Positions 60,439 to 64,000 of a stretch of 64,000 nucleotides of DNA are shown here, in pieces; position 1 is the first letter of the stretch; each line of letters starts with the position of its first letter. Both the position numbers and the translations under genes were made by a program. Where the stretch lies: positions 1,546-65,545 of the forward strand of contig OZ007016.1 of NCBI GenBank assembly GCA_963931445.1, read 5' to 3'. The stretch is from an uncultured Clostridia bacterium (GTDB lineage Bacteria; Bacillota; Clostridia; TANB77; CAG-508). A model generated the notes under the pieces. It was given only the letters and a program-made list of their open reading frames with translations. It was not told where the DNA came from and ran no database searches.

Positions 60439-63400
60439 TTATTTTTCTTCTTTTTTAATCATTACTTTTTTTATAATTAATGCTATACCTATTACTAATG
60501 TTAATCCAATAACAATTGCTAATCCATAATAGAATTTAACTTTACCAAATGGAGTAAGTATTATAATTCTTTCTGCTCTAGCACTATCAACTTCTGTTGG
60601 TTCTCTTGTTGGATCTTGGTTTCCTACTATTGAAAATGCCATTCTTCTTCCTACAGTATTGCTTATTTTAACTATTTCCACAATATTTCTATAAGTTAAA
60701 TCATCTTCTGAATTATCTCCTGTAATTAACTGAGTTAATACTAATTCTTTTGGAGTTGTTTCTTCTCCTGGTTTTAACTCTTGTTTTAAATCTTCTGTCT
60801 TAATTATATAATTATATTTGTCTACAGAGTCTTTTAGTTTGTAATTTACAAGTGTATCTTGTGGACTAGCTTCATTTATTAATTGATTCTTTTCAATTAA
60901 GTCCCATCCTTCATTTTTTGTTTTACTAAATTTAAAGTTATTTGCCACATAATCTACAATCATATCTGCACTTGTTGTTACAACAGTCTCTTCATTTCCA
61001 GATTTTCCTAAATAGTAGAATCCTTTATTATTATAATCATATTCTCCAACATTTTTTACTTTAACTTCATAAGTTGCTTCTATTGTTGCACCATGCATTA
61101 GCTCTTCATCCATTGTTATTTGTATTAGCCCATGGTCATTATTTTTAACAATTTTGTCTATTTCATCTCTACATGAATTATGTTTTTTATATAATCCATT
61201 TTCATCTTTTTCACTCTCTATATTATATTCTTGATGTTTTAACCACATAACATTATTGGCTTTATCTTTTACATCAACTAATATTGTTCCATTTGCTAAT
61301 GTAACTTTAACATTAGTTACTTTTTTGTCTATTTCTAATTGTGCTTTTGGTCTTTCTTCTAATCCAAAATCTATTCCTTCTAATGTATATGATGGTAATC
61401 CATTACCTTCTGTAGATTGAGTATTTTTTTCAACTTCTGCAACAATAACACCTGTTTCTGCTATCATATATGTATTATCATTAAATTTAGTATATAATTC
61501 ATTAATTTCATCTTGTGTATATGGTTCATTATACTCAGTTATATAATATGGTGATGCTAATATTTCTGCTTTATTGTTAGTTACTCCTTCTTTACTGTAA
61601 TTAATTACCTTTTCTCTACTCCATATCTCATCTTTTTTACTCCATATATCTTTTGCATCTGATACATTTTTTCCTTCTGAAGCAGCTATATCGTATCCAT
61701 AAGTTGCAGTCTCATTTTGATTTTCTGTATCTGTATATGGTATATAATGATTATCTAAATCTGTAAAACCACTTTCTCCAATTCCTTTAGTTTCTACTCC
61801 AACTTGATATGTAGTAGATTTAAAATCTTGTCCATTGTATGAGGTTTTACTTGCATTTGTTTCTGTAACATTATTTCCATAAGTGAATCTTACTATATAG
61901 TCTCCTGGTATATAACCACTAAATTCATAATTCCCATTAGCATCTGTTTGTGTTGTTTGCCATTTATAGTATTCTTCTCCTACAGTTTTTTCCACAAGTT
62001 CAACTGTAATTCCTTCTATTCCTTTTTCATCTTCTTCTCTTAATCCATTACCTATAATTGCACCATCTAAATCCTCTGTTTTAGTTCTTTCATCTTCCCA
62101 AACATTTCCATTTATTTTTCTTTCATCATCTGTTAATTTAATAACATTTAATATTGGTGCCTCATCTTCATCATCTTCTTGTGGTCCTTGTTCTTTACTA
62201 TAATTACTTGGTATAGAGTCTTTGTCTATTCTTCCTGCTATTACTGTATCATTTCCTATTTTACAATTATTTACCCCATAATGTGGTAATATTGTTCCTT
62301 CTTTATAATATGTTTTAAATGCTCCTATTTCTACTGCATTTTCTTTTTCACCTAACTCTAATTTTCCTTCACTATTAGAATTTAATTTAAATGTTAAATA
62401 TAAATATACTGTTTCTCCTGATGCTTGTTTTTCGTCAACATCAATTTCTAATTTATTTTTTAAGCCATTTGAGCTAGATGTACTACTATCGTTTGATACT
62501 TTTGCCTTTACTCTTTTTCCATCTTCAATTTTTCCAGTTGCAAATTTATTTTGTAAATCATCTAAAGTAGACTTTGATTTAGTATAATTTGTACCACTTT
62601 TCCAAGATAAATCTTCTATGTATTCAAATGTTTCATCATAATAATCATATAGTTTTGTTACTTCTCCTAACATAGATTGTGATTGATTTCTTACTGCTAT
62701 TTTATATGTAACATATACTTCTAATACCTGAGTAAAATTTCCGTTCTCTCCACTGAAATTATAGTCTGCTTTATCTAATCCTCTTTCATATCCGCCTACT
62801 ACATTAATTTCCCATGTGTCTCCTGTTTCTCCTGCGTTGTTTCCTATATTCTTTTCATCATAGCCATATACTTGTGTTTTTCCATTTATTTTAACTGTTG
62901 CTATATATAAGTCTTTCTTTAATGCCATATCAAATTCAATTCTTTCTGTTATACCAAAATCTATATTTAGTAAATCTTCTGAATTATCTTCTTCTCCATA
63001 TATTCTATCATATTTGGTATCACCAATATATGTTTTGTCTGTTTCTATAGGATTTCCATCTTCATCAGTTGGATTGTAATTCTCATTGTCAACTACTGTT
63101 ATAGTAAATTTTTCTGTACTTGGATATAATCTTTTTTGATTTAAACCATCTGCTCCTGTATATGCAGATATTTTAAATTTATCATTTATAGGAATATATG
63201 TATCCTGATTTTCTAGATATGATTTGTCATATCCATCATCTATTCCGTCCAGCTCTTCAAATCTTGAATTAAATTCATCTCTATCATTGGTTGATTCTGT
63301 TGCATTTGAATAACCACCTGATAAATTATCTTCATATATAGTGTTTTCATAATGTTGTCCATTATATTGAAATTCCACATAATATTGAAGCATTGGGTTT

Positions 63401-64000
63401 AATTTTTCAAACAAATAATTTCCTTCAGCATCTGTTGTTGTTATTGTTTGTTTATCATATTTATCTTGTGCAATATTTCCATTTGATTCATGAAGTATTA
63501 CAGTTATTCCTTCAACTGGTAATTCATTCTCATCAAATTTACCATTTACAACATTTTCTTTTCCTGCTTTTAAATCTTCCCAAACATTTCCACCTATCTC
63601 TATAGTTGGATCATACCCTTTTTCTTCTTCCACAGGAATTCTTATTTGATATTGTGCTACTCTATGTATTACAAATGGGTATACACCTATTAATGGTTGT
63701 TCCTCAATTGTTTCCTTTGGATAACAACTAGTATCTGCCTTAACCCAACAAGTTTCAGATTTACGTTTTTCTCTTTCAGCCCTTTCATAATGTTCTAGAA
63801 AATCACATCCATCTCCAATATCACAGTCTACATCGGTCTTATGTCTGAAATAATATTCTTTTTCATACCAAACATGCTCATGTGATGGATAATCCCCTAC
63901 ATATAATTTTTGTGAATAGCTCTCTCCTTTATAATGAAATACTTGTGCATAATATTCGTCCCATTCATATGTTACAGTTATTGTTATATAATCACTTTTA
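60439..64000 (-). CDS. Paralog of 51459..55637 (giant surface protein). The 5' end lies beyond the window.
   Basis: The frame is open to position 64000 upstream of the annotated M. Long blocks are near-identical to the first paralog (for example IAVRNQSQSMLG.VTKLYDYYD, ERPKAQLEIDKKVT, RAERIIILTPFG). Confidence 0.7.
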   Translation of the reverse strand, partial: KSDYITITVTYEWDEYYAQVFHYKGESYSQKLYVGDYPSHEHVWYEKEYYFRHKTDVDCDIGDGCDFLEHYERAEREKRKSETCWVKADTSCYPKETIEEQPLIGVYPFVIHRVAQYQIRIPVEEEKGYDPTIEIGGNVWEDLKAGKENVVNGKFDENELPVEGITVILHESNGNIAQDKYDKQTITTTDAEGNYLFEKLNPMLQYYVEFQYNGQHYENTIYEDNLSGGYSNATESTNDRDEFNSRFEELDGIDDGYDKSYLENQDTYIPINDKFKISAYTGADGLNQKRLYPSTEKFTITVVDNENYNPTDEDGNPIETDKTYIGDTKYDRIYGEEDNSEDLLNIDFGITERIEFDMALKKDLYIATVKINGKTQVYGYDEKNIGNNAGETGDTWEINVVGGYERGLDKADYNFSGENGNFTQVLEVYVTYKIAVRNQSQSMLGEVTKLYDYYDETFEYIEDLSWKSGTNYTKSKSTLDDLQNKFATGKIEDGKRVKAKVSNDSSTSSSNGLKNKLEIDVDEKQASGETVYLYLTFKLNSNSEGKLELGEKENAVEIGAFKTYYKEGTILPHYGVNNCKIGNDTVIAGRIDKDSIPSNYSKEQGPQEDDEDEAPILNVIKLTDDERKINGNVWEDERTKTEDLDGAIIGNGLREEDEKGIEGITVELVEKTVGEEYYKWQTTQTDANGNYEFSGYIPGDYIVRFTYGNNVTETNASKTSYNGQDFKSTTYQVGVETKGIGESGFTDLDNHYIPYTDTENQNETATYGYDIAASEGKNVSDAKDIWSKKDEIWSREKVINYSKEGVTNNKAEILASPYYITEYNEPYTQDEINELYTKFNDNTYMIAETGVIVAEVEKNTQSTEGNGLPSYTLEGIDFGLEERPKAQLEIDKKVTNVKVTLANGTILVDVKDKANNVMWLKHQEYNIESEKDENGLYKKHNSCRDEIDKIVKNNDHGLIQITMDEELMHGATIEATYEVKVKNVGEYDYNNKGFYYLGKSGNEETVVTTSADMIVDYVANNFKFSKTKNEGWDLIEKNQLINEASPQDTLVNYKLKDSVDKYNYIIKTEDLKQELKPGEETTPKELVLTQLITGDNSEDDLTYRNIVEIVKISNTVGRRMAFSIVGNQDPTREPTEVDSARAERIIILTPFGKVKFYYGLAIVIGLTLVIGIALIIKKVMIKKEEK

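Noticed and set aside
1-64000. CRISPR array.
   Set aside because: No regularly spaced direct repeats of 24-40 bp were seen. The repeats found are hsdS recombination repeats, the IS TSD, and a segmental gene duplication.

Overview
This is a low-GC Firmicute window (about 27% GC). The bile-salt hydrolase at 39452-40426 closely matches Clostridium perfringens CBAH, so I read the window as C. perfringens-like. Positions 1 to about 39400 are a mosaic accessory region, and about 39450 to the end is core chromosome.

Accessory region, left to right:
- A reverse transcriptase with a candidate ncRNA bounded by inverted repeats upstream and a small 3-TM membrane protein downstream. An IS110-family element sits between the RT and the membrane protein.
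- A tyrosine integrase next to a 45-nt 3' fragment of tRNA-fMet, which looks like an att-site remnant.
- A defence island on the minus strand: a SWIM-finger protein with a long acidic tract, an AbiL-like ATPase/RloB pair, an overlapping DUF3800-like pair, and a complete type I R-M operon (hsdR-hsdM-hsdS). The operon is followed by an embedded tyrosine recombinase and a silent hsdS' cassette, joined to hsdS by direct repeats.
- An IS1634-family IS flanked by a 195-bp target duplication.
- A prophage-like replication/regulation module (DnaC-like, replisome organiser, Xis-like HTH, XRE repressor).
- A duplicated and partly pseudogenised NUDIX-HIT / GNAT / NUDIX moron cluster next to a truncated integrase paralog.
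- A beta-propeller protein and a FokI-like tandem-Dam methyltransferase with an HNH endonuclease.

Core part: cbh, xth, a G5/SleB cell-wall hydrolase, lemA-htpX, tatD, acpS, a WG-repeat protein, an apparently frameshifted spoIIE, and three giant surface-adhesin genes, two of which are paralogous.

The best candidates for a new system are the RT / ncRNA / 3-TM module, the unnamed DUF3800-like pair, and the NUDIX-HIT-GNAT cluster.
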